Positions 18,043 through 29,400 of a stretch of DNA of 64,000 nucleotides are shown here, piece after piece. The position numbers were made by a program, and so were the translations under genes. This stretch comes from Anaerolineales bacterium (GTDB lineage: Bacteria; Chloroflexota; Anaerolineae; Anaerolineales; Villigracilaceae). Position 1 is the first letter of the stretch. Every line of letters begins with the position of its first letter. Under the pieces are notes generated by a model that saw only the letters and a list, made by a program, of their open reading frames with translations, searched no databases and was not told the origin of the DNA. The stretch covers positions 32,100 through 96,099 of the forward strand of contig CAKKRM010000001.1 of NCBI GenBank assembly GCA_919902735.1, read 5' to 3'.

Positions 18043-19026
18043 ATGACACCAATCGACATATATCCAGAAGAAACTAACATTGCCGTGTGGGGACCAACGC
18101 AATCAGGAAAAGATTGGTTATACAAAGGTTTTGCCAAGGAACTGGAAGATTACTATTCCCCACGTGCTGTAGATTTTGATTTTATATTACAGGAAAAACA
18201 CGGAACAGATCCCTATGTGCCAGTAATTGCTGAACCTCCAAAAGACATTGCTCCTACTACTTTTGGTGAGGATTACATTCATTCTTTTATTAGAAGACCA
18301 AAACCCGGTGTTATGAACAGCAATTATAGTGCAAGCATCTTAACCCACTACATAAATTTTCACAACAATCGAGGTGCTGACTTAGTGGCGGCAGTTCTGG
18401 ACCGAGACCGCTTTGAAGAAGCATATTTTTCTATAACAAAATCTCAATACCTATTAATCCTCCTTGATCCATTATTTGACAAATCATCAAAAGAAAAACT
18501 CGATTCTAATGAAATTATTCCGGTTCCTTCTGACGATGATGATTCTAATGAGTATCCCGATGTTGCCCTACAACCCGGTATTGGTAAAGATGAATACTTT
18601 AAAATATTGACCAAACTTCTGCAAACTCTTGCTGAAACCCAATCAGCGAGCAGGTATTTGGCTATTTGCATAACCAAAACTGATGCCATAAAAATAAAAA
18701 ACAATAATCCTTGGGCGCTGCTTGAAAGAGTTTTTGGAAATAAAATATCCCGGTTATTTAATAACTATCGCACTGTTTTCAATATGGAAATGTTTGCTAC
18801 ATCAGCTGCTGGATATACTAAAGTAAGAGGGATTCATCAACCTAACTTTGCTCATGGCAGACTTGTTGACGAAAATCATTGGGATCCATTCAACTGTGCT
18901 GCTCCCTTTTTTTGGATGTTTCAAAATAGGGAAATTGAACACATAAAGAGAACTTCAAACTTTTTGAATAAAGAGCATAATTTACGCAAATATATAAGGT
19001 ATCCACTCCCACGTCAAAACATCTAA
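18043..19026 (+). CDS. Small TRAFAC-type GTPase-like protein with atypical motifs, 327 aa
   Basis: G1 VWGPTQSGKD (Asp where Ser/Thr is expected), candidate G3 FHNNRG, beta4 YLLILLDP, G4 ICITKTD ([NT]KxD), G5 ATSAAG. GGAGAA SD. Confidence 0.6.
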   Translation: MTPIDIYPEETNIAVWGPTQSGKDWLYKGFAKELEDYYSPRAVDFDFILQEKHGTDPYVPVIAEPPKDIAPTTFGEDYIHSFIRRPKPGVMNSNYSASILTHYINFHNNRGADLVAAVLDRDRFEEAYFSITKSQYLLILLDPLFDKSSKEKLDSNEIIPVPSDDDDSNEYPDVALQPGIGKDEYFKILTKLLQTLAETQSASRYLAICITKTDAIKIKNNNPWALLERVFGNKISRLFNNYRTVFNMEMFATSAAGYTKVRGIHQPNFAHGRLVDENHWDPFNCAAPFFWMFQNREIEHIKRTSNFLNKEHNLRKYIRYPLPRQNI

Positions 19027-19097
19027 GGGTGGTATAGTGCAACAAATTATCTCATTTTCATCTTCGCTCTATAAAACGGATTAATAAACAAATACTC

Positions 19098-22000
19098 ATG
19101 CAAATTCGATATATAGAATACGGCAAAGTTTTCCTAACCACATCCAGAGGGGCAATGGAGTATACAGCACTGGATCGTTCAGATAACGAATTAGTTAAGA
19201 ATACTAAAAGCTTTTATCTACATGAAATTGCTACCTTCAACAAAAAATTCGATTCGCAATCTATTGAAAGCCCAGTAAATAAAAAGATTAGTATCGCGTT
19301 AATACCTTGGGATGATTCCAACTATCTTTTTATGCAACTACAACAAAGGGGAGAAGATGAATTTGTGGGTATTAGTGACACACGAGAAACTCAAAGATTA
19401 TTTAATCAAGCCCGTTTTGTTTTTATTAGTCAAAAAGAGATAACAAGCCGTCTTCCTAATAAAGTTGGGCTTGTGTCAAGCTTGATATATGAAAATCCAA
19501 AATATCCTGGCCAGAAAAAACTGCAAGATTATATTTATCCTCAACGCGGAATTACCCTCCAAAAGAATATTGAAGAAGGGAAAATATTACCAATTCCAGA
19601 TGACTACAACACAGAATTCCTAGCAGGAGTAGTAAATACTTTATTTGAAGGTTCACGACCTCGTAAAGAAATAAAAGGAATATTATTGCCACGTTTGCCA
19701 AAATCGCTCTTTATTACCGCGCCAATTGATCTCGACAAAAAAATACATCTTTTTGACATCATTCAATACTGGGTTTATCCTGCTTTAGGTATTATTTCAT
19801 TTGCATCAGATTATGTAATGAACCGCCAAGTTTCACTTTTTGTATGTCATGAATTTTCTTCTACAGATCAAGTAGACAACGATCGTGTTTTCGATGAAAA
19901 CACATTAAGAAATATGCAATTTGAAGGATATTTCAATGCGGTTTCTTCATTATCCAAAAACGAGCTGTATCACGAGACCCTCATTTACTATTTAAGAATT
20001 GATCTAACGCCAAAAAATGCCGTAACAATATTTAGATTAATCGAAACCGACTTCCCTTTTTCTATTGAAGAAATTATTAAAATAATTGTCGCCTACCTGC
20101 CTTACATAAAGGATAAACATCTTGAAAAGATTATCCAACGGCGCTTTAACACACAAGATCAACTACTGAAACTACGAGACATATTAACCAGAATACCTGT
20201 TAAAAAGCGAGTAATTATACTCGGACAAATTCTTAACAAAACTAATAATAATCTTGTAAGCTATTACCCTTTTCATTTATCCGCCATGACGGGAATTGAT
20301 ACCAGTAGCCAAGATGCAACTGCCATTCGACAGTTTTTAAGGGATTCGGTTATTCATAGTGATTCAGAGGATTTAGACCTAATTCAAGAAGACGATAAAA
20401 AGAGCCTTTATCTGGAGTTGATTTGGTCAGATTGCCAGCTGTCATCTGATGGAAAATTTATTACCTCTAATACTTACCTACAATTCGCGACCAAAACTAA
20501 TAATGAAATCAATGGGCAGCTGTTGCTTAAAGTTCTCATGGAAAGGAAAGAAGATAGTTTCTTCGAGTCAATTCGCATCCTCTTTTCCACTGAGGTCAGC
20601 ACTCAATTAATAAAACGAATCACCGAAGGACTGCAAAACAGTTGGAGTAGCTGGGAACTAGGAACAGTTTATAAATTTTGGCAGGTCGTGCCGGTAAAAA
20701 CTGCAGATATTTTCAATCTCTTATTAAGTTACTTATTACAAAACCAAGAATCCTCCTCAGATTTAATTGAAAACCCATTGATCTTTCGAGCCATGCTTAT
20801 TAATGGCCGAGATATTCTCAATAAATCGTCAAAGCAAAACCAAGCAACTTATCATAACGCTGAATTAACAAGATCTGATCAAACACAGCTTCCAATAAGG
20901 CTTTTGTCTTTATTAGAAAATAATATCATGCTGAACCTTCGAAGAGCGTGCTTGATTATTTCTCGCAATCTCACTAATAATAATGTTCTTTTTGCACACT
21001 GGTGGCTTATTGAAGAACTTGCTTATGCAAAAGAAGATATCCTAGTTCAGGATTATTCGGAATTAATTAAGTACTACAAATCAAATCTATTTCCCGACAA
21101 CGCTGAAGTTCCAAAGAAAGCTCTTTTTCTTCTAAGCGGCGGAGCATCGAAAGAGGAACTATCAATACAAAACTGCATACAAATAGACGACAGCCAAAAA
21201 TTGCAGGCATATCTAGACTCAATCTTTTATATAACGCTGGCAAATGTGTGGTTAGACTTAGAGCTTAAGATTCCGAGTGCTGATGTTGCCAGTCTAATTA
21301 TTAGACTGCCAGATGCCACATCACATGGTATTCTAAGAAAAATAATCCTTAATAAAAATAAAGCTCAAGCAGACGAAATCAAGGATTTAGATCCGCAAGT
21401 TGCTCTAGATTGGCTGAAGAACACCAAGCAATCTAGAATCTTGAACTCAAAAGGAGAAGATATACTTTACAAAACCTTATTAGATCTAAAAAAACCGACG
21501 GTTGAATTTATTCGTCACATGTTAATATTTGAATCAAGTATCGTCGATTCGGTTAGCACTTGGAAGGAGTATTCCAATAAGATTAAGAATATTTACCACA
21601 AAAAATGGAAATCTTCCACGCCTGATCCATTCATGAATAATTATATACAATTGACGTCTTTAATGAATGGCTCATTAAATATTAATAAATATCAAGAATT
21701 ATTAATGAGCATGGCTAACATCAATATTTCTAGTCCAGACAAAGATATTAATGTAGAGAAACGTAAGATTTTAGTTTCAACTATTTTTGAATTTATATAT
21801 GAAAATAAAGATGCTGACCATCCCTTTGACCAAAGAATATGTGCATTTCTAAATGCGAAGTCTTCCGACCTAGAACTTAACTATACAATTAAAGATTTGG
21901 ATGAAAAAAGAATTCAATTCTTTTCCGATTATGTGATTGATCATGGCGATTTTTTGGAAAACAAGATTAAGGTATTAATTGAAACTGAATATAGAAAACG

Positions 22001-22286
22001 ACATCATTACAATGAAATTATTCCTAACAGTAATTTACCATCAAAGCTGTCAAACACACAACGTCTTGAATCGCCAAGCCGGAAAGGAGAGAAGTCAACA
22101 AACGGTATTAATAACCCTGCCCAATCAGGTAGAAAACCTGCCAACACAACAGCTGTTTCCTGGCTTGAATTAATCTTATGGGGTGTACTGATACTTGTTA
22201 TATTTGCCATTATTGTTCAGATTTTCATTGCGTTTAATGATGGATTATCCAATGAGATTTTGAAGTGGTTTTATGGTCGCAGGTAA
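19098..22286 (+). CDS. Large mostly helical protein of unknown function with a C-terminal TM anchor, 1062 aa
   Basis: Long uninterrupted ORF. C-terminal WLELILWGVLILVIFAIIVQIFIAF preceded by a basic/polar low-complexity tract. No catalytic motif recognised. No SD at 19098; an alternative start at the MEYTALD codon is possible. Confidence 0.7.
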   Translation: MQIRYIEYGKVFLTTSRGAMEYTALDRSDNELVKNTKSFYLHEIATFNKKFDSQSIESPVNKKISIALIPWDDSNYLFMQLQQRGEDEFVGISDTRETQRLFNQARFVFISQKEITSRLPNKVGLVSSLIYENPKYPGQKKLQDYIYPQRGITLQKNIEEGKILPIPDDYNTEFLAGVVNTLFEGSRPRKEIKGILLPRLPKSLFITAPIDLDKKIHLFDIIQYWVYPALGIISFASDYVMNRQVSLFVCHEFSSTDQVDNDRVFDENTLRNMQFEGYFNAVSSLSKNELYHETLIYYLRIDLTPKNAVTIFRLIETDFPFSIEEIIKIIVAYLPYIKDKHLEKIIQRRFNTQDQLLKLRDILTRIPVKKRVIILGQILNKTNNNLVSYYPFHLSAMTGIDTSSQDATAIRQFLRDSVIHSDSEDLDLIQEDDKKSLYLELIWSDCQLSSDGKFITSNTYLQFATKTNNEINGQLLLKVLMERKEDSFFESIRILFSTEVSTQLIKRITEGLQNSWSSWELGTVYKFWQVVPVKTADIFNLLLSYLLQNQESSSDLIENPLIFRAMLINGRDILNKSSKQNQATYHNAELTRSDQTQLPIRLLSLLENNIMLNLRRACLIISRNLTNNNVLFAHWWLIEELAYAKEDILVQDYSELIKYYKSNLFPDNAEVPKKALFLLSGGASKEELSIQNCIQIDDSQKLQAYLDSIFYITLANVWLDLELKIPSADVASLIIRLPDATSHGILRKIILNKNKAQADEIKDLDPQVALDWLKNTKQSRILNSKGEDILYKTLLDLKKPTVEFIRHMLIFESSIVDSVSTWKEYSNKIKNIYHKKWKSSTPDPFMNNYIQLTSLMNGSLNINKYQELLMSMANINISSPDKDINVEKRKILVSTIFEFIYENKDADHPFDQRICAFLNAKSSDLELNYTIKDLDEKRIQFFSDYVIDHGDFLENKIKVLIETEYRKRHHYNEIIPNSNLPSKLSNTQRLESPSRKGEKSTNGINNPAQSGRKPANTTAVSWLELILWGVLILVIFAIIVQIFIAFNDGLSNEILKWFYGRR

Positions 22287-22775
22287 GCTAGGTAGTGCGT
22301 GCAGTTTACTTCATATATTAATGAGATTATGAGATTGACAAGTAAGGTTTCTCCAAACAAGAGAAAGTTTCGAATTAAATAAATATCAGAGTTTAAAACC
22401 TTAAATTCGTAAATCCTAAGCTTTCAAGACAGAGTTTTTAATAAATTTCAAAATAAAACCTAGAAAGACTGATAATTAAACTATGATTCAGATCACGCAT
22501 TTTGTTTTTCAAGATGTCCAAATGGGTTGTTTTATTTATTCGAAAATTATTTTCCAGAATAAAGACACAAACCCGGGAAAACTATCAAGTTCCACATAAA
22601 TTCTCATTGGCTGACAATTGATTTTTTGTATAACAATTTTAGCTTCATAATCCCGATAATCTAATTCAATTTCCTGAGTTTTCAGGATACTTCCGAAATG
22701 CTTTTAGCAGTAAAAACACTAGATGTTGTAGTTCTTTTCAGATAGGTAACCATAGAAATAAAGGAGACGAACGGT

Positions 22776-23444
22776 ATGGGATGCTTCCTTTGCATGACGG
22801 AAAGAGATTTTGCTCAACTTACATCCTCTATGCTCGCAGGTAGTAGCGTTGTGGGTTTAGGGTCTGGTTGGGTTGGCATCCAAGTACACGGGACAGTTGC
22901 ACAAACCATTGGGCAACTTGCTGCAAACATTCGTAATTCATACCCTACTACAAGAATTTCAAATCCAACGGAAATTACATATCTGACATTGGCTGAGGTG
23001 TCTCCAAATCTTGCTAATTCATGGCTTAAATCCGAAGTCCGTCAGACTGCAATAGAATTTGGCAAGACAGAAGCACAGCAAATTGCTGCAGAAATTTATC
23101 AAAAAGGTGGATTCACGATAGACAACATTACGAATAGCACAGGGGTCGATATCAGTGCCCGCCATAGTGGCCACAATTTTAGTATAGAAGTGAAATCCAC
23201 CTCTACAGATAAATCTATTGGACAACTATTAGGGGAAGGCTATGGTTTTAGACAGTGTAGTGATCCCTGGTTAGAAAAAGTGGGAGTGAATCCAGGTGAA
23301 ACAACTGTTAATGGAATTATCATCAACACTGTGACCGAAACAGTTTCTTTTTGGCAACGCGTAGATAGCGGCGCAAAAGATTGGCGATGCATTTGTCGGG
23401 ATATTCCTTTACAAGATGCCTTACAAAATCAAAAGCAAAAATGA
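22776..23444 (+). CDS. PD-(D/E)xK (restriction-endonuclease fold) protein, 222 aa
   Basis: AGGAG SD 8 nt upstream. Motif order E (FGKTEAQQIAAE) ... GVDISARHSGHNFSIEVKST gives the D...E-x-K core. A Gly-rich N-terminal ~100 aa of unknown function. Confidence 0.6.
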   Translation: MGCFLCMTERDFAQLTSSMLAGSSVVGLGSGWVGIQVHGTVAQTIGQLAANIRNSYPTTRISNPTEITYLTLAEVSPNLANSWLKSEVRQTAIEFGKTEAQQIAAEIYQKGGFTIDNITNSTGVDISARHSGHNFSIEVKSTSTDKSIGQLLGEGYGFRQCSDPWLEKVGVNPGETTVNGIIINTVTETVSFWQRVDSGAKDWRCICRDIPLQDALQNQKQK

Positions 23445-25108
23445 GTACTTCAACTAAGAAATCAATATCCAAGCATACAAACCAAAATGTTGACGTATTA
23501 ATTCAATCTCTTAGTGAATATGTCCAAGTAACTTCAGGTTGCCCACAAGAGCGTATACAGACTTTTGAGGAAATGTTTGATGTCCATCTGCCAAAAGATT
23601 ATCGGGAGTTCCTTTCTAGTTATGGAGCAGTTGCTGGAAATCAGTTTTCAATTTTTGGATTAGGTAATAATCAAACAGGTATACAGTTATCTGATCTCTT
23701 GCTCTTGCTTCGATTGCAATATTTGACATTTCCACTAAATTTGGTACCCGTAGAAGATTTGGGTAATGGAGAAATGGCTTGTTTGGATTGTTCCTCAGGC
23801 GGATCATCTTCGAGTTTGGTACTTAGAATTTCTCTAGCAAACGAGAAATCACTAGCAGATGTTCCAATCCTTGCAACCTCTTTCGAAGTATATTTATATA
23901 ATCGGTTAAGTGATTTCAAGCAAGGAATCAACCAATTTAAAGAAGGTTTGACTGTTTTAGAACAACGAGTTAAGGAATTCCAAAGGACAACTGATTATGA
24001 TCATGCCGCTGGAGGAAAACTTCCTCGTAATCATATTTGGCGGCCTTACCGCTTCTGCGTTCAGGATGTTTTACTTGGTGCTACCGTTGTCCAACATGTT
24101 AGGGGTGACAATTATTTGAACGTGGATGTTTTTCTCACAGAAGAAGTTCCCCCCTATGAACCTGGTAGCGGAGTACGCGGCTTGCTTCTATTCTTATTGT
24201 GTGAAGCGTATAAGTGTGGTGGAACTATGGAGATTCGCTTCACAACAAATGTGGAAGGTGGAAAAGTTCCCAAAAAGATTCAAGATCTTGCTCTGCGATT
24301 GAGCGTATCTATCCCTGAAGAAAACCTTTCTAGCGGAGTATTGACTCCACGTGATTCACGGTCATTGTTTCTTGCATTAACCCCACTCTCTTCTCAATCA
24401 CTGACCAGGATAGCCGGCTTGAAATTATCCATTGAACGGTGCTGTTATGTGGTTCAAAAAGGAATTTGGAGCATCTCTGAGGCTGAATTAATCCTAATGT
24501 GTGCAACCAATCCGGATCGACTTTTCATGGGCGGAGCTGCAGCTGAACAACGACTTTTATATGCTCAAGACGTCTATTTTGGGAGGCTAGCCTTACTCGG
24601 CGGAAATCTAGATCGCGCGCTAGCTCGCCCAAAATGGGAACCATCAGAATCAAACCTGGAAGTTGAAGACGATGAACGTCAAATTGAAATTGAATGGGAT
24701 ACTTCGATGATTGCAAAGCAGTACCGATGTTCTCCATCGCCTAGTGAGGTGGCAAAGAATCTAGTTATTCCTTGGATAACCAAAGATTCGAGTGTCTCGT
24801 CCGAAATCCCTTTTGAGCAATCATTTGCAGTTCTTGTTCGTGCTCGGGATTTCAGTGAAATGCGCCTATTCTTGAATCAAGATATTCAACTTGCCCAAGA
24901 TTATGGCAAACAGCTAAATATCCCAGTGTTTATTCTTCTGCCATATGATTTTTATGATTTAGATTTTCTAACGGAACAAGAACAATTAGAAGTTTGCCTT
25001 CTTGCTTCTCAATCCAATGTTGGTTTATTGATATGTCCAGAAACGACTCTTTCTATGGATACGCAAGTTCAGCAACGACTGAGCTCGAGTAGGATTATAC
25101 GAGAATGA
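23441..25108 (+). CDS. SUKH (SMI1/KNR4) domain protein with a ~400-aa C-terminal extension of unknown function
   Basis: Start reassigned from 23381 to ATG 23441, which forms an ATGA overlap with the upstream stop. The SUKH pattern is ERIQTFEEMFDVHLPKDYREFLSSYGAVAGNQFSIFGLG ... LVPVEDLGNGEMACLDCS. Confidence 0.65.
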   Translation: MSTSTKKSISKHTNQNVDVLIQSLSEYVQVTSGCPQERIQTFEEMFDVHLPKDYREFLSSYGAVAGNQFSIFGLGNNQTGIQLSDLLLLLRLQYLTFPLNLVPVEDLGNGEMACLDCSSGGSSSSLVLRISLANEKSLADVPILATSFEVYLYNRLSDFKQGINQFKEGLTVLEQRVKEFQRTTDYDHAAGGKLPRNHIWRPYRFCVQDVLLGATVVQHVRGDNYLNVDVFLTEEVPPYEPGSGVRGLLLFLLCEAYKCGGTMEIRFTTNVEGGKVPKKIQDLALRLSVSIPEENLSSGVLTPRDSRSLFLALTPLSSQSLTRIAGLKLSIERCCYVVQKGIWSISEAELILMCATNPDRLFMGGAAAEQRLLYAQDVYFGRLALLGGNLDRALARPKWEPSESNLEVEDDERQIEIEWDTSMIAKQYRCSPSPSEVAKNLVIPWITKDSSVSSEIPFEQSFAVLVRARDFSEMRLFLNQDIQLAQDYGKQLNIPVFILLPYDFYDLDFLTEQEQLEVCLLASQSNVGLLICPETTLSMDTQVQQRLSSSRIIRE

Positions 25109-26379
25109 ACCAATTTCCAATTATGATTTGTATCGTTCCAGAGAGTTGGTGGGGATCAGGTTCTCCGCAGCCAGAATTTGTACAAATGATATTTGAAGCA
25201 TTGGCTATTGAACGTAGGCTACCAAAAGGTGTTGACGTTGAAAAGGAGCGAGCAAGATATACAATATGTTCTCGGCAGATAGAACAGATTGTTCGTAAGA
25301 CGAGTCGAGTCCCTCGCGAGGCTGGTCAGTATTCGCAAATCATTCGATCTGGAAAAGCAGCCATTGGAAAATTGGATAAGGGCTATCTAGTTTTGCTGGA
25401 TAAGTTTGTTAATGCTGTAGCTGAAGATCCAGCTTGGATAGAATACCGGATTGGCGCGAGTTTTTTTCCTCCCACTAATCAGAATGCAACCTATTCCTTA
25501 GCCAAACATATTAAAGGATTCGAGTGGCTAGCCCAGAAGTTGAAACTTGATAAGGATCCTCAAATCAGTCGCCGGTTAAGCATTCTTCGGTGGGCAAACG
25601 AACAAAAATGCGGAATAGTGGAAATACTTGATTTCTACCCAATCGAGTCTTCTCAAATATCAAACAAGATTAGATCGTCGCCTCACCCTATCAAACGTTT
25701 AGATGAGTTAGTTGCATATAAATCCTCATCCAAAGAAAATTTGTTCTCTGTTGACGAAAATCAACGCGTAAGTAGCCAACAAAGGCGATCGCAGCGCGTA
25801 GCAATGAAAACAGAAATAGAGCGTGCAATTCGCTATGATCAGGCTGTTAATATCAATAATTACAGCAATCAGGTTATAACCGATGTTTTACATGATTTTG
25901 TTTTCACTCAGGAGGCTAGAAAACCCCACCTTCTGAAAATTGTTTATGAAGATGGTTCACAAGGACGTCCATTTCCAATCTTTAGTTTACCTCAGCCAAA
26001 ACCAGAGGTAACCAAGCAGTTCGATTCGATCCCGCCCTTACGAGTAGCAATGCTGAGTATTCGGCATTTGGAGATGGATCGAGAAGTTGATATGGCTTGG
26101 TTTCGTAATACAGAGGCATCATTACGTCGCACATGTTTTGCTGATACCGATTTCTTTTGTTACAAGGAAACCTTGCGCCAAATCGACACACTTGGAGAGA
26201 AGGAAATGGTATTAATTCATTTATATCAGACAGGCCTTGAACCAGCAGTTGTGGGGTTTTACCGCGCCCTCGTTGAATTTCTTTCCAGAAAGGATCCTAA
26301 GAAAGCCCGCGTGGCAGTAATTCCCCTTTATTTCCTTGGATCGGGTTTGGACTATCGCAATGGATCCCTTTGGGTATAG
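25105..26379 (+). CDS. Hypothetical protein, 424 aa
   Basis: ATGA overlap with the upstream gene. No motif recognised. Confidence 0.7.
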   Translation: MNQFPIMICIVPESWWGSGSPQPEFVQMIFEALAIERRLPKGVDVEKERARYTICSRQIEQIVRKTSRVPREAGQYSQIIRSGKAAIGKLDKGYLVLLDKFVNAVAEDPAWIEYRIGASFFPPTNQNATYSLAKHIKGFEWLAQKLKLDKDPQISRRLSILRWANEQKCGIVEILDFYPIESSQISNKIRSSPHPIKRLDELVAYKSSSKENLFSVDENQRVSSQQRRSQRVAMKTEIERAIRYDQAVNINNYSNQVITDVLHDFVFTQEARKPHLLKIVYEDGSQGRPFPIFSLPQPKPEVTKQFDSIPPLRVAMLSIRHLEMDREVDMAWFRNTEASLRRTCFADTDFFCYKETLRQIDTLGEKEMVLIHLYQTGLEPAVVGFYRALVEFLSRKDPKKARVAVIPLYFLGSGLDYRNGSLWV

Positions 26380-26401
26380 CTATTAGGAGAAGCTCAAGAT
26401 T

Positions 26402-29400
26402 ATGGCTAAAGAATGGGTAGCGGTTTGTAAAGATTGTAATAAGCCTTTTGGTTATTCCAATGCATCATTTCAAGCAGACATAACGAGAGGTTTCTCGGCA
26501 CCTGAGCGTTGCCCGGTTTGTCGCGGTCGGCATAGTAAAGAAGTTCGTTCAGTTGGTCTATCTCATTTTCAATTAAAACCCATTGGAAATTTGCCACCAG
26601 GATTGATTCTTCCTCCAGGACGCTTGGGAAAAATCTATCATGACTTGCCGCCTCATCGGCTAACAACACTTATTTCGAGCTTTGAAAAATACCGTTTTGG
26701 AATTACAGAATTGGATATTCTCCGTGTATTTGCTAGCTTAGGAGCGAGGTTCGAGATTACACCTAGAATCCAGACCCTGCTTATAGAAGAATCAACCCAA
26801 ATGTCTGAAACCGAAGTCAGAAAGAATAGTGATATTGAATTCAGAAATAATCAGGTTGTTGTTGTTGAGGGGCCGACAGGATCGGGAAAATCTACATTGC
26901 TTCCATATAGATTGATGGCTCCACCCCAGGAAATTACCGATCCTCTCTTCTTTACTCGAAGGGGGCAAATTGTTATTACTCAACCGCGTGTTCAAGCTAC
27001 CAGAGGTATTCCAAAGTTTGTCGCTGAACAACTGCATGGTTCTAGTCTGGGACCAGGTTTCGATGTCGGCTTTAAGCATCACAATGCCGCTGAAACCGAT
27101 AGGCGTAATCTATTAGTATTTGTCACCGATGGAACATTAATTAACTGGATTATTAACGAACAACTCGGTAACCTAAGCCTGATTATGATAGATGAGGCTC
27201 ATGAGCGCAGTCTGAATATTGATTTAATACTCGGCTTACTCAAGGCGCGGTTGCCACGCTATCCAAACTTGAAACTAATTATCGCTAGCGCAACCATTGC
27301 TGCCCAAGAGTTTATTACCTATTTTGGTGGTTCCGAAAGAGTGGGCCATTTAGTGTTTCGAGGGATATCCAAACCTGTCGAGGAGCATTTCTCTCCAAAA
27401 CCAATTCTTGACTATGAAGGCCTACATAAAAAATCAGCTCAGGCCATCGACATTGTAGCTTCCAAAGCAGTGTCAGACCGAGTACTCGAGTTACTTGAGG
27501 AAATCATTAAAGAGGGTCCGACTCGTGAAGGGGATATTCTTGCCTTCCTTCATAGTGAGAATAGTATTGACCTCGCTCATGACCAAATTAAGGAAAGTAT
27601 TCAAAAAAACAGAAAATTTATATCCACTGAGGTTTTTCGGCTTTACAGATCATTGCACCAGACAGAGCAAGATAAAGTATTGATGAATAAAGCCAAAGTT
27701 ATAGGAAACAAAATAATTGACCTCATGCGTCGTAATGTTAAGGGAAAAGGTAAAGCGGCAAGGTCAATGCTCGCATTAGTGCTCGATGAAAGAACTGCTA
27801 GAGATATCGCCGATCTACTTCGTGATACAGGAAAGAATGATAACAAATATGGTCTAGAGGAATTAACAATAGAAATTGCCCACGAGGAGATGAGCAAAAC
27901 TGACCTTGGTAAGCTGAAAAAGCATTTGATAATGAATAATCAAGCCTACCTTTTGATTGCCACTTATAAAGCCCATGCCAAAATTAATTTTACTGTTCCG
28001 CAAGTTCAGATAATTGAAGATCGGCGTGTGATCATTTCTACTAACGTGGCAGAAACATCCCTAACTGTGGATGGAGTTGTATATGTAATTGATAGTGGAA
28101 TCATAAAGCAAACCACTTGGGACCCTAAAACTCTTACACAGAGGCTTGTGTCAAAAGCGCACAGCAAAGCAGGATGCAGACAGCGAAGAGGTCGAGCCGG
28201 CAGAATTCGAGCTGGCCATGCATATTATCTTTATACAGAAGATCAGTTTGCTAAATTTGAAGAGCATACACAGCCAGAGATTAAGCGTGCACCTTTGGAA
28301 GCGGTAGTCCTTTCTGCAAAGGCGGCTGGTGTCGATGATATTGCAAAGTTTGATTGGTTTCAGCGCACTCCAGAAATGGACGCTGAACTCCAACGCTCGA
28401 GGTCAGCTTTGGTGGTACGTCATATACTGGATCCTGATGGGGATATCACTGAGCAAGGTTTGGAATTGCGTTCTTTGGCGCTGGATATCCAAACGGCGAA
28501 TTTTCTCAAGAATGCTGACCGCTTCTCTTGCGCTTTGGAAGCCGCTACTCTCATACCCATACTTTTGATGAAACAATCACTCTTAGGCGGATTGTTCCTT
28601 TGGGATCCTAATTGGGATGCTAGCACTCGATGGGAAGTAAAGAAACGTCAATACGGGTTAAGAGGTGAATGCGAAGATGACCTAGCACTTTGTATGAAAG
28701 TGTTTGCTGGCTGGGAATCCGCTGGTAAAGATGATCATAGTCAAGAAGTCTGGGCGCGCAATTTCATGGTTAACCATCAGATGCTATCAAATTACATCCT
28801 GCCAGAGCGATCAGCACTACTAGATCGTCTAGCTATTGCCACAAAAGGAGAGGCTCTCAGACCAATCGATTTTGACCTGCTTGATCGGTTGAGGATAGTT
28901 TTTGCTTATAGTTATCCAGATCAATTGGGATCGTCGGAGCAATATACAATTGATTCCGAATCGATTTGCTTTGGTCAACAGTTGCCTGCAGTAGTTTTCG
29001 GACGCCGTATCCCTTTTCGTACTGCAATAGAAGGCCAACCAGATTTTCGCGTGTCATTAATACTAAGGCTTGATCCAAACTGGGGAAACTTGGGTCAGCT
29101 TGCTCCTCTTCAATTGGGTCGGTTGATATCGAGAGTCACGCGCAGTAATAAAGGTGAAGAATTATATAGGTCTCCCATTTGGGATCAGTTGTCTTTGTTA
29201 AAAGCACCGATAGGAGCAAAATTTAACTGTAAGATTACTGCAGAAAAATCGAATCATGTCAATTTAACAAAAATGATCAAAACACCAAATGATGTCTACC
29301 GCAGACCCAAAGGAATCTACATTTTGGAGGAAGAGGCAGAGGAAGAACTCGAAGTTGATGGTGCCGTCCGTTCGCAAGGAAAGTGGTCTCGATATATAAA

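Noticed and set aside
22287-22775. Possible gene remnant on the minus strand (...EIELDYRDYEAKIVIQKINCQPMRIYVELDSFPGFVSLFWKIIFE)
   Set aside because: The frame is open for only ~55 codons, lacks a start with an SD and matches nothing I recognise. It cannot be distinguished from chance in AT-rich DNA.
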